NCBI RefSeq assembly: GCF_006345805.1
Contig: NC_042997.1
Span: forward strand, 127,658,001 to 127,722,000
Reading direction: 5' to 3'
Length of the DNA: 64,000 nt
From: Octopus sinensis
Lineage: Eukaryota
Under the pieces are notes generated by a model. That model worked only from the letters and a program-made list of their open reading frames with translations. It was not told where the DNA came from and did not search any database. The translations under genes and the position numbers were made by a program. This document shows, piece by piece, positions 13,391 to 25,705 of the stretch. Within the stretch, counting starts at the first letter, position 1. Every line of letters starts with the position of its first letter.

Positions 13391-15270
13391 ACACACACAT
13401 TCATACATGCATACATATAGGTATATATTTACCTGTATGTATGTATACAAATATATGTATATATTCATATATATACACACACACATACACATAGGTGTGC
13501 GTGCATATATAGTCATCATCACGATCATCATCATTTTAACATCTGCTTTTCCCTGCTTGCATGGGATAGATGCAATTTGCTGAAGCAGATTTGCAGTAAC
13601 TGGATGCTCTTCCAGTCACCAACTCTTACATGTTTTCCAGGAAGATAATGTTTCCCTATGACTGGATATGTTTTCATAGAAGATTCAAAATGAATGACAT
13701 TATTTGCAACATGATGACATTCGTCAACAACTATCATGTGATGTCAAGACAAAGAGAGGCAAAAGGCCGCATGTGCATGCACACATAGATGCAGATACAT
13801 ACACACAAACACATCCACACATGCATACACACACACTCACCCGCACACAATAGGCTTATTGGTACAGGCGATACATAAAAAGCACCCAGTACACATTGTA
13901 ATGTGGTTGGCATTAGGGAGGACATTCAGCCATAAAGACCATGGCAATGATGATATCGGAACCTGATGCAGTCCTGCAGCTTGCTACTTGCCTGTCAAAT
14001 TGTCCAGACCCATACCTGCATGGCAAGCAGATGTTAAATGATGAGGATAACGATGACAACAATATATATTCAACCAAATTCACTCTTAAGGCTTTGTTTG
14101 GCTTGAGGCTATAGAAGAGAAAACACTTGCATAAAGTGCATGCAGTAGGGTTGAACTTGAAATCATAGAGTTAGGAAGCAAACTCATTGATCACAAAAAA
14201 CCACGCCTGCACTATATATAGTTGAAATTTACAGAAAAACAAAAAACAAAGACAGGTGTATAAACAACAAACAGGTGTATTAGTTTAATGCTTGGGAAGG
14301 TGAGAAAATCTTCTATATTTCAATCCTACGCTCTTCAGCAGAAAGGAATGTGATGAATTAAACAGAGAAAGAATAAAAAATCTTTTGGAGCTATGTATAT
14401 ATCATTTTTCTATAACATATTGTAACTGAAAAAGGATTAGCCAAATCCCCCAAATACATGCTATCTTATAGAGTAAATACATCCCAGTACAATGAAGAAA
14501 ATACTAATACAGAGCAGACTCTATACAATAATAATAACAAAACCAACGGTAAAAAATTTGGATCATCAAACTGTTTTATATGTTTTAGTCTGACAGAGGG
14601 ATCAGAGATCCATTTCAAACAGGGATAACTCTTCACAATAAAAAAAGTCCTTCATAATCAAATACCAACCACATCTAAATTCTTGTAGTGTAGAAAAGGA
14701 AACAGCAACAGCCACCACCAACAATACTGCAACTCTTACTGGTGCAAGCAAGCAACTACTACTGAGTTGAAGATGGAAAACTGGTCTAAGTCAACAACAC
14801 AACTACTAATTCTGTCCCTTCCATCACCAAAAAAACCTAACTGCAACAAGTTTTATTAACTGGCCATCATTACCAACTAGCATCAATCCAAAGGTCCCAA
14901 AATGCAGTACCATATGATCTTTATAAGAAAAATAAATGAATTTCTGGAGCTGATTATTATGAAAGATTTAAACTATTTAAATTTTCCTTTCCATTTTATG
15001 GAAAAGTGCTAAGTAGCAGAACATTTTGCTAGACTGAAAGGAGAAGAAGTACCCAGCATGGCTATTCCAATAAGGCTGGCTGTTGAAGATTACCAATCCA
15101 GTTAGTATGGAGAATGTTTACACCCATTGCATTAAGAGAAAGAGTGGGAAGTGCAGCTGTGTGCAGGATAGGAGAGGTGCAGAAAGTGCATTTTGTTGGT
15201 TATGAAGTAAGAGGAGTTAAGTTGGAAACCGAAAGAAGGAGTTGAAAAGAGGTTTGGACAATATTGCTAA

Positions 15271-15491
15271 CCCTTTCATTACCGTATTTATTTTGAGATG
15301 CTCTGTGTTTCTTTTAATTATTTTAAATATACCAAAGAATTTATTAAAGTAATTTAGTTACCATTAAGCGAGTGTTAGTAATATAAATTGTGATTAAGGT
15401 TTGGTGGAAGATTTTAATTCAAAACTTATGAAAACAAGACATTTGTACTACAGAGCCAGAGGCGATTTCAGCCAGGTTGGCAATGAAAGGG
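15271..15491. mobile_element. piggyBac-type MITE
   Basis: TIRs CCCTTTCATTACC / GGCAATGAAAGGG (13 bp, 1 mismatch) flanked by ctaa / ttaa (TTAA-type target); no ORF. Confidence 0.8.
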
Positions 15492-15634
15492 TTAACCCAC
15501 AAACAAGAGGGTGGTGCTATGGTTCAGGGTCAAAACCCTTGATGATTATTGGTTAATGTCTCAAGACATCAGTTCCTCATTGTCAAAGCTACATTCACCA
15601 AAGATGAATGATAGAGAAGCAGCTTCTTTTAGAT

Positions 15635-16458
15635 GTTATCAGCTTTATTACATTATTACATGCACGTATGCTCATGCACACATGCAAATACATAAACACA
15701 CATGCAATATATATACACACACAAACTACCCCTACCCCATATCATCATCATCATCATTCTCATCGTTTAATGCCCGCTTTCCATGCTGGCATGAGTTGGA
15801 CGATTTTGACTGAGGGCTGGTGAACCAGATGGCTGCACCAGGCTCCAATCTTGATCTGGCAGAATTTCTACAGCTGGATGCCCTTCCTAATGCCAACCAC
15901 TCCCAGAATATAGTGGGTGCTTTTTACATGCCACCAGTATGGGGACCAGTCAGGCGGTACTGGCAACAACCTCTATATATATTCATATATAGCCAAAACA
16001 TATATATATATATGTTTTGGCTATATACTGGCAACAACCTCTATATATATTCATATATAGCCAAAACATATATATATATATATATATATATATGTTTTGG
16101 CTATATATGAATATATATAGAGGTTGTTGCCAGTACCGCCTGACTGGTCCCCATACTGGTGGCATGTAAAAAGCATCCACTACATTCTGGGAGTGGTTGG
16201 CATTAGGAAGGGCATCCAGCTGTAGAAATTCTGCCAGATCAAGATTGGTGCCTGGTGCAGCCATCTGGTTCACCAGCCCTCAGTCAAAATCGTCCAACCC
16301 ATGCCAGCGTGGAAAGCAGGCATTAAACGATGAGAATGATGATGATGATGATATGGGGTAGGGGTAGTTTGTGTGTGTATATATATTGCATGTGTGTTTA
16401 TATATTTGCATGTGTGCATGAGCATACGTGCATGTAATAATGTAATAAAGCTGATAAC
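15635..16458. repeat. Long spacer-less inverted duplication (~375-bp arms) containing a SINE E copy
   Basis: gttatcagctttattaca at 15635 is the reverse complement of tgtaataaagctgataac ending at 16458; about 7 substitutions between arms; centred on (TA)n. Confidence 0.95.
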
Positions 16459-16565
16459 CAACCAATGCTAAGTCCAACCCATGCTTGAACGGAAAACGGA
16501 TATTAAACGATGATGATGTATATAAATGCATTTGTGTTACACATACATATGTCCTTTCAAATTGT

Positions 16566-16780
16566 AGACCAAGTTTAAGCTATATTGACACCAAATGCCC
16601 ACAGTAACAGCTGTTGCACATACAGCCATAAGTATTAGTGACCAGATCATAAATATATTGACATCCAATGTCTACAGCAACAGCTGTTGTACACATGCAC
16701 ACACAAACATTATATACCAAATTTAAAATATTTTGACATGAAATGTCCACTATAAGAGCTCTTACATATTCACACACACA
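16566..16780. repeat. Degenerate ~75-bp tandem repeat, 3 units
   Basis: Recurring accaa...tattgaca..aatg.c.acag.aacagctgttg motif. Confidence 0.7.
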
Positions 16781-17440
16781 CACATATCAATATTAATTTA
16801 ACTAAATATATAATAACCTGAACTATCAACAGAACAGACTAATAGATCAAAAGGAATAAAAACCTGTAATAAAATTAAATTTTTCTCAATTAAATAAGTA
16901 GAGGTTAAATATATTGATTTGGATAATTACTAATATATATTTATATTTTTCATTTTTTTATTTTCTTATTCTTTTGGCAAGTGAGTAGGGATAGAAGTGG
17001 TTGTCAGCCTCAAAAAAATAAACTTACATTTCATAAAGAGTGAATAGTAGCATGACCTAGTTTTTCAGGACTACTACTAGCCATTGTCCTCTGTAGTTGT
17101 CATTTAACTTCTAGCTGTTTTTAAAATGAACTTCAAAGACACATATGCTCTCTCACACACACAAAAACACAAATACAGACACACACACACACACATACAC
17201 AAGCTAATATTTCAGTCTGCAAGAAACTCTTCATCCTTCATGATGTAAATGAATTTATATCAATTTTGCCTTGAAGAGATTTTTACCTTTTAAATTCATA
17301 ATACAATTTAATTTAAAAATATGAATGAAGGTAAATCAAGACGTATATAGGGAATATGAAATTGACTACTAATATGTAAATATATACTGATTTGTTGTGT
17401 TCACACTCTTCATTTTCATTACATGATATATATATGTGTA

Positions 17441-17493
<53 letters not shown>

Positions 17494-17659
17494 TAATAAT
17501 AATAGTAATAATAATAATAATAATAATGATAATAAGGAATATGATTCCAAACTTACAGGGAGAAATTCAATTTAGTAATACTAAATCAAATTTCACATAT
17601 AATATATGTATATATGTATATATGTTACAAGGAGTTTTGCATGTATATATATATATATA

Positions 17660-18275
17660 GCATTGGGCCTCATGGAGACAAAAAGGCTAAGATTCTTCTG
17701 AGTGTTGGTCCTCACGGAGGCAAGGTGGATGAGTTCCTTTCAAGTGGGCCTCATAGAGGTGAGGTGTCTGAGTTCATTTCGAGCATTCAGCTAAGCTCCT
17801 GGGTTGCTTGGAGGCAATGTGGCTGAATTTCTTTCAAGTATTGGGCCTCACAGAGGCAAGGTGGCTGAGTTCCTTTCAAATGGGCCTCACGGAAACAAAG
17901 GTGGCTAAGTTCCTTTCAAGCATTGGGCCTCATGGAGGTAAAGTGGTCGAGTTCCTTTTGTGTGTTGGGCCTCAAGGAGGCAATAATCAAGACCTTTGGT
18001 ATTATGTCATGCTTGAGAAGAATACCTATCAAGCCAAGGAAAGTTGCAGATACCAGTGTCAAACAAATGAAACCTGTGATAGTGGCATGTAAATGCATCC
18101 ATTACACTCTCAGAGTGGTTGGTGTTAGGAGGGGCATCCAGCTGTAGAAACCATGCCAAATCAGACTGGATCCTGGTGCAGCCTTCCAGCGTGCCAGCCC
18201 AGTCAAACTGTCCAACTCATGCCAGCATGGACAATGGATGTTAAATGATGAGGATGATGAGGATGATGATGATGA
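17660..18275 (+). mobile_element. SINE E variant preceded by a ~42-bp minisatellite (~8 units, 17660-17985)
   Basis: Units ttgggcctcacggaggcaaggtggctgagttcctttcaa run into tgcttgagaag and the family E 3' end. Confidence 0.8.
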
Positions 18276-18283
18276 TAATGATA

Positions 18284-18333
<50 letters not shown>

Positions 18334-18377
18334 TCATCATCATCATCTTCATCGTTTTGCGTCTGTTTTCCATGCTA

Positions 18378-18412
<35 letters not shown>

Positions 18413-18417
<5 letters not shown>

Positions 18418-19297
18418 GATGAGCTAATTGTTGCCATTTTATATTTTTAATTTCGCACCTGCACATTGTTTGGTTTTGATTTTGTTGACTATACAGTACA
18501 GTAGGGTCAGTTTGGCACTGTCTGTGAGTAAAACAGCACCATGACACAATTCACTCTGCCAGAAATTTGGTAATGACATGCTGCACTGCTTGGCATTCAT
18601 GCTGGAAGTGCCAATACAAACATTTCAGAATGTTTGGGTGCCAATCTGAGGACAGCGCAATCTGAGGATATGTACCAAGAGTGATGAAAATCAAACATCT
18701 AGTCAACATCAAGGTGCTTGGAGTGATCACTAGTGATGGCGACATTATGCCTCCATTCATCTTTCCACACAGTTTCAGACGCAACACTGAGGCCTACATC
18801 AAGTGTCTGCAGAAGGTAGTGCTGCCCTGGGTCAAGAGGGTGGCTTCTGGAAGACCCTGTGTCTGGCAAGAGTACTCTGTGCCATGCTACACAAGCTTGA
18901 GAACCCAGTCATGGCTATCAGACAATTTCTGTGACCACACCACCCTTAATATCTGGCCACCTAACTCCCCAGACCACAACCCCCTTGATCATTATGTGTG
19001 GGGCACAGTTGAGAAAGAGACCAACAAAACTCCTTGTAGCACCAAAGATGAACTGAAGGCAAGGATTATGGCAACATTCACCAACTTAAACAGAGTCCAT
19101 CCAGAAGTGTTGCAGGAGATTCCAAAGTCGTCTGGAGGTCGTGGTTGACGCCAATGGCAATTTTATTGAATAAATTTACTCTTTAGTATTTCAAAATATT
19201 TTTATGTCATTTTGGTAAATATATCTGTCAAAATGAGATGTCAGTGTTAGTTTCACTTATGCATAATTTAGACGACGGTCTATTTACCATACCCTGT
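18413..19297 (+). mobile_element. Tc1/mariner-superfamily DD37D (maT-type) transposon relic, internally deleted
   Basis: ORF 18681-19148 has WQEYSVPCY...WPPNSPDHNPLDHYVWG: 37 residues between the second catalytic position (D changed to Y) and the third D. The N-terminal stub at ~18541-18670 has stops; the right end is ...ataccctgt. Confidence 0.88.
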
Positions 19298-19915
19298 GTG
19301 TGTGTGTGTGTGTATACATTATATATATATATATATGCACATTCACACACAAATATGTTGAGCTTCTTTCAGTTTACATCCCCTCACTAGGCTTTAGTTG
19401 CCCTATGGTTATAATAAAAGACATTTGCCTTCAGGTGTGACACATGACCAGGAAGCAAACTTATTAAACACACAGCCACACTTATACATATATGTATGAA
19501 TGTATGTATGTATGACCATATGTGCATGTGAGTGCATTATCTGAATTGTTGCTTAAGGGCAAATGATAGTAATTCTTACTTAACCTCCAGGACAGTGCAG
19601 GTTTATGCAATATGTTAAGCAACAATTTACACATGTTGATGACTGAAGAAAAAAAAGATTGGCAAGGTAGGATTAGGAGAAAGATGGCTTCATGGTGAAG
19701 AAGCTTACTTCCTAATCATATGGTCTCACATTCAGTTCCACTATGCAGAACCTTGAACAAATGTCATTTACTTTAGCCCCAGGCTGACCAACCAAAGCAT
19801 TGTAATTGATTTGATAATTTGGTTGGTAGAAGCTCTCAGAAACCTGTCACTTATACATGTGTATATATATTGTGTGTGTGTGTTGTGATATGTGAATGCA
19901 TGTGTACATATATAC

Positions 19916-19956
<41 letters not shown>

Positions 19957-20009
19957 AATATATATATGTGTGTGTGTGTGTGTGTTGTGATATGTGAATG
20001 CATGTGTAC

Positions 20010-20095
<86 letters not shown>

Positions 20096-20303
20096 GTGTG
20101 TGTGTGTGTGTGTGTGTGTTTGTACAGAGTAGCAACACTAAGCAGTGATGTATATAAATACAAACTTGTTTCCAGTTTAAATTTGCTTCAGGCATATTTG
20201 AAACTGTAAGACATCTACTGTATATTATCATGGAGAAAATGTCTTGCTGTACACAAATCAGTGCATGTAACACCAAATTAGTTCACAGCACTCTTTAACT
20301 AGA

Positions 20304-20351
20304 CTGTTGGATGCATGCATTCCAGAGTGGTTATCTCCTCTTCAGCAGCAG
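20304..20351 (-). ncRNA. Minimal type-I hammerhead ribozyme relic (A13G)
   Basis: CTGCTG-CTGAAGA-GGAG ataacca CTCT-GGAA-TGCATGCA-TC-CAACAG; palindromic helix III ATGCATGCAT. Confidence 0.65.
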
Positions 20352-20739
20352 ACCCTGGAACGGCAGACTCTGAGTACTAACATGATATTTTGGTTTGTAT
20401 TTTCTTTTTGTTTTTCCTGATGTCACCCACTTTACAAAGGGCACTGAGTGCATTTACCCATGGCACCAATAACAGAGAGAGACTGTAAGTCCCTAGTAAG
20501 ACAAAACGAATGAGATCTCTTAACCTTACTTTCCTCTGCTTATCCACCAATCATTCCAGTACATGCATGTTGGTGGGGTAGCTTTCTGTTGTAGCCTCTG
20601 GTACAGAAGAATTGGGGTACCTTGGAAGCTATTATGTTTAAGAGTACTCAGTAACCAAAGATGTGATAGCAGCTATTACATGCTTCAGGGATAACTGAGC
20701 ATCTAACACCTGTAATTAATAATCTATGTCTAGTAAAGG

Positions 20740-21125
20740 TGCTGGCATAGCTGTCTAGTAAAAAGCTTGCTTCCCAATCACATGGTTATGGGTTCAGTCC
20801 CAGTGTGTGGCATCTTAGGCAAGTGGTTTCTAATATAGCCTCGAGCTGACTAAAGCCATGTGAGTGGATTTTGTAGGTGGAAACTGGAAGAAGCCCATCA
20901 TATGTGTGTGTGTGTGTGTCATTGTGTCTGTGTTTGTCCCTCACTACCACTTGACAACTGGTGTTGGTGTGTTTATGTCTCCCATAACTTAGCAGTTCAG
21001 CAAAAGTGACTGACAAAATAAATACCAGGCTTAAAAATATATACTGGGTTTCAGTTCATGTAAAAATTCTTCATGGCACTGCCCCAGCGTGGTCACAGTC
21101 TGAAACGAGTAAAAGATAAGTAAAA
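20740..21125 (+). mobile_element. SINE family A, diverged
   Basis: Colinear with 9973-10390, with many CpG-type substitutions. Confidence 0.8.
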
Positions 21126-21361
21126 GTGGTGAGCTTGCAGAACTGTTTGCTTGGTGGGCAAAATGCTTTATGGAGTTTCTGCTGGCTTTACGTTCTGTGT
21201 TCAAATTCTGCTGGGGTAGACTTTACTTTTTGTCCTTACAGGGTTAATAAAATAAGTACCAGTTGATCCTTGTAGCTGATATATTTGATTAGATCCCACA
21301 CTTAAACATTTCAGGCCTTGTGCCTAAACTAGAAACGATTAATTTATGTCTACACATTCAA

Positions 21362-21894
21362 CCCTTTAGTCTTCAGATTACCAAATGTAATGCTTATGCA
21401 TTCATTATCCTCCTCATCCTCCTCATCCTCCTCCTCATCATCATCCTCCTCCTCCTCATCATCATCATCATCATCCTCCACCTCATCCACCTCCTCCTCC
21501 TCCTCATCATCATCCTCATCCTCATCCTCCTCCTCATCATCATCCTCATCCTCATCATCATCATCACCACTATCATCATCATCATCATCATTATCATCAT
21601 CATCATCATCATCATCATCGTCATCGTTTAATGTCCATTTTCCATGCTGGCATGGGTTGGATGACTTGACTGGAGCTGGGGAGCTGGGGAGCTGGTCGGA
21701 CTCCAATTGTCTGTTGTGGCATGGTTTCTACAGCTGGATGCTCTTCCTAACACCAACCTAAAGTATTGTTTTTAATTAATCATGTATTATCTGGTAGGTC
21801 ATTGTAGGATAGGTATGAAACACCAGATTTGGTGGGTTTGAACAAAGCAAGTAGAATATTCGAACTGGATATGGGTGATTTAAATGCCAAAGGG
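21362..21894. mobile_element. piggyBac-type MITE interrupted by a (CCT/CAT)n tract and a SINE E 3' fragment (~21405-21760)
   Basis: Ends tcaa-CCCTTTAG ... CCAAAGGG-ttaa. Confidence 0.6.
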
Positions 21895-22184
21895 TTAAGG
21901 CTGTGTGAAATACCTGTAGAAATTTGTTGTTAATTATTGATACATGTCAACACGTGTGTAATAGCAGTAAATATTTGGTGTGAATTATCAATGTATTTTT
22001 ATACCTTTATATATATGTAGAATCTCTTGACATTTGATCTCAATTATTAATGCCTGTGCACACATATATGTATGTGTTTAATAATTGTAGCCATTTTTTT
22101 CTTAATTATTAATGCATGTGTGTAATAGTCATTAATGAATGTGTGTAAAAGCTGTAGATATTTGATGTGGAGTATTAATGTATA

Positions 22185-22730
22185 TCATCATTATCATCAT
22201 CATCGTTATTTAACGTCCGCTTTCCATGCTAGCATGGGTTGGACGATTTGATTGAGGGCTGGTGAACTAGATGGCTGCAACAGGCTCCAATCTTGATCTG
22301 GCAGAGTTTCTACAGCTGGATGCCCTTCCTAACACCAACCATTCTGAGAGTGTAGTGGGTGCTTTTTATATGCCACTGGCACAGGGGCCAGTCAGGCGGT
22401 ACTGGCAATGACCTCACTCGAATTTTTTACACATGCCACCGGCACAGGTGCCAGAAAGGCGATGTTGGTAACACTCACACTCGAATGGTGCCCTTTTACA
22501 TACCACCGGCATGGAAGCCAGTTGGCTGCTCTGGCAACAATCACGCTCAGATGGTGCTCTTAGCAACCTACTTGCACGGGCACAAGTGCCAGTAAGGCGA
22601 CGCTGGTAACGATCACACTCGAATGGTGCCTTTTATGTGCCACTGGCACGGAAGCCGGTTAGCCACTCTGTCAATGATCACACTCGTATGGTGCTCTTTG
22701 CACCCCACTAGCGCGGATGCTAGTCATCGA
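22185..22730 (-). mobile_element. SINE family E with expanded internal sub-repeats
   Basis: Family tail plus about 6 gtgccac.ggcac sub-repeats. Confidence 0.88.
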
Positions 22731-23177
22731 ACCCATTTATGTATATATGTAACAACCTCGAACATATGGTGTTAATTGTATTCTAGATGTGGTTTACAAA
22801 GTCTATGAATGTGTTTGTATAAGATCTGAGATGATGGATATTCAATGTGGTCTACAGTGCTAATGTGCATGTTTGTGCAAGAGATGTTACTGAGAATATT
22901 TAATGTTGAACTTTTGGAGGACACCTACAATGTCTGTTTGTAGCAGTAAGACTACTCTCTTTGTTTTTCTTTTAGTTTTTACAAATAAAACTCCGTAAGC
23001 TGCTATTAATGAGCTTCTGTCTTTGAGGAAATCTGTAATCCCAATTAATATTATATTTCAACTTATTATTAAAATACTATGATTAACATTGAGAAAAGTT
23101 CCCAGTAAGATCCAAATACAGATGCACACACATGCATACACACACATATATTTCTGTACATAAATATGCATATATAT

Positions 23178-23220
<43 letters not shown>

Positions 23221-23221
<1 letters not shown>

Positions 23222-24203
23222 TTTTTTTTCTCTAGTTTCAGCTCAGAGCTGCGGTAATGCTGATGCACAGCCGTTTTGTGCTACACTGTTATTACGAAGA
23301 ACCTCGTCTAATATGTGGCACTTGGTGAAGAATTGAGTTTGATATAGCTACTCTCATTTGCACCTCTTGCTGTGAGGTAGGTTCATCTGGGACTGTCGAC
23401 AGGAAGATGTCCAGCTTTGATTTAAAAACTGCTACATCTACTTTGTGCAAGTTCCTCAGACTCTTTGGGAGAATATTAAAAAGCTGTGGGCCCTTGAAAC
23501 CCAGGCTGTTGCAGAAGCTGGTCCTGAAGCATGATGGCATTGCTGGGATCTTTGGCACTATGCAGTGTCGTCCCGTTCTAACATTGGTGTAGCTTACAAT
23601 GCCAAAATTTGGCACAATTCTTTCCAGGATCTTCCAGACATATATTACTGCATACCTCTCCCGTCTTCTCTCCAGGGAGTAGAGTCTTAGCTGTTTCAAC
23701 CTTTCCCAGTAGCTGAGCTGTTGCAAAGAGACGATCTTCTACATACATACATACATATATATATATACACATACATACATATATATATATGCACATTACC
23801 AAGATGGCGACAAAGTGCAGACGACTGGCTGGGTGGATCCTAAGAACATTCAGAACCAGAGATAAGGAAACCATGATGGTCCTCTGGTGAACATTCATCC
23901 TCAGCCACCTGGATTACTGCTCACAACTATGGTCACCCACCAGTGTAAAATTAACAGCGGACCTTGAAGCAATCCAGAGAAGATTCACAAAGAGACGATC
24001 TTCTTTGTGAATCTTCTCTGGATTGCTTCAAGGTCCGCTGTTAATTTTACACTGGTGGGTGACCATAGTTGTGAGCAGTAATCCAGGTGGCTGAGGACGA
24101 ATGTCCACCAGAGGACCATCATGGTTTCCTTATCTCTGGTTCTGAATGTTCTTAGGATCCACCCAGCCAGTCGTCTGCACTTTGTCGTCATCTTGGTAAT
24201 GTG
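23221..24203 (-). mobile_element. 5'-truncated CR1-group LINE (ORF2 C-terminus + 3' UTR), disrupted by an inverted duplication
   Basis: LDYCSQLWSP...LEAIQRRFTKKIVSL joins QQLSYWERLKQLRLYSLERRRERY...FKSKLDIFLSTVPDEP, typical of the CR1/L2-group post-RT region; 3' stem-loop cagct-ctg-agctg then poly(A). Confidence 0.9.
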
Positions 24204-24235
24204 CATATATATATATGTATGTATGTGTATATATA

Positions 24236-24258
<23 letters not shown>
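23740..24258. repeat. Inverted duplication, ~254-bp arms, 8-bp spacer
   Basis: 23740-23993 is the reverse complement of 24002-~24258 with 3 substitutions; 17-bp direct repeat caaagagacgatcttct at 23724-23740 and 23988-24004. Confidence 0.95.
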
Positions 24259-24271
<13 letters not shown>

Positions 24272-24297
24272 TGTATGTATGTATGTATGTATGTATG

Positions 24298-24340
<43 letters not shown>

Positions 24341-24546
24341 GTATTTATGTATGTATGGATATATATATATGTGTATATATATATATATATATATGTATGT
24401 ATATATATATATGTGTGTGTATGTATTTATATATATATATATATTATATTATATTATATTAGAGGAAAGAAAAAGAAACAAACACAGCACATAAATACAA
24501 ATATATATATATAAAACATACGAATACTTACATATATATGTAAGTA

Positions 24547-24606
24547 TATTCTACTGAAGAGGCAAAGCATTTCTTATGCAAAGCCAGAAATCTGGAATCT
24601 GGAATA
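24547..24606 (+). ncRNA. Type-I hammerhead ribozyme candidate
   Basis: TATTCTA-CTGAAGA-GGC aaa GCAT ttctt ATGC aaa GCC-a-GAAA-TCTGGAA-TC-TGGAATA; 7-bp helix I, AUC site. Confidence 0.6.
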
Positions 24607-24835
24607 ATCCAGTAATTTTTTTGCTAGTTTATTTTGTCTTTTCATCTTCTCTCCTGGTTCTGTATAATGTGGTTTTAGAGTCAAGTTTTGGATGCTATTT
24701 CAAGCATGGTGGTATCTCTTAGATACCCTAAATTATAATTTTAAAAATAATTATTACCTTTGAAGGTTTTTATTCCCTTGCTGGCCACTTGATAAGTTCG
24801 ATATTTAAATAATGATCTTATTCTTATTTATATAT

Positions 24836-24880
<45 letters not shown>

Positions 24881-24935
24881 CATATGTATGTATATATATA
24901 TGTATGTATACATATATATATATATGTGTATGTAT

Positions 24936-24969
<34 letters not shown>

Positions 24970-25035
24970 GTATGTATATATAGTTATGTATATATATATA
25001 TATATATATATACATAACTATATATACATACATAT

Positions 25036-25082
<47 letters not shown>

Positions 25083-25705
25083 ATACATACACATATATAT
25101 ATATGTATACATACATATATATATATACATACATATGTCTGTATGTATTTAAATGTGTGTGTGTGTGTGAATGTTCAGATTCGATGTGTTTTTAAATTAT
25201 ATCATTTGAGGAAAATGCTGAGATCTTCCTTAGTTCCCCAATAAATAATGCAGCCTGTAACTCTGCAAGCAAGGTGATAGTCCTCCATGACAAGACATAT
25301 TTCTATGTGGTGTTAAAACAAAGACACGCAAACATACACATACATATATATACATCAATTTACCATCTATTGCTCTATGTTGACATGGGTTGGACAGTCT
25401 GAAAGGTGCCCGCAGACCAGAGGACATGCGTTAAGCTCTGCTATTTGCTTTGGCATGGTTTCTGCTGCTGGATGCATTTCCTAATGCCAACAACTTTAGA
25501 GTGTACTGGGTGCTTTTTTATGTGGCACCAGCAGCAGCTGTAAAATCTACTCACAAGGCTTTTGTTAGCCAGTGCAAGGGACTATAGTAGAAGAGACTTA
25601 CCCAAGCTGCTGTGCAATGGAACTGAACCCAAAAGCATGCAGTTGGAAAGCAAACTTCTTAACCACACAGTCAAGCTTATTATTTCCTTTCATATAACTA
25701 TATTA

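Noticed and set aside
21350-21761. Acidic D/E-rich ORF and poly-Ser ORF
   Set aside because: Expanded (CAT/CCT)n tail of a SINE E fragment; the rest of the ORF is SINE sequence.
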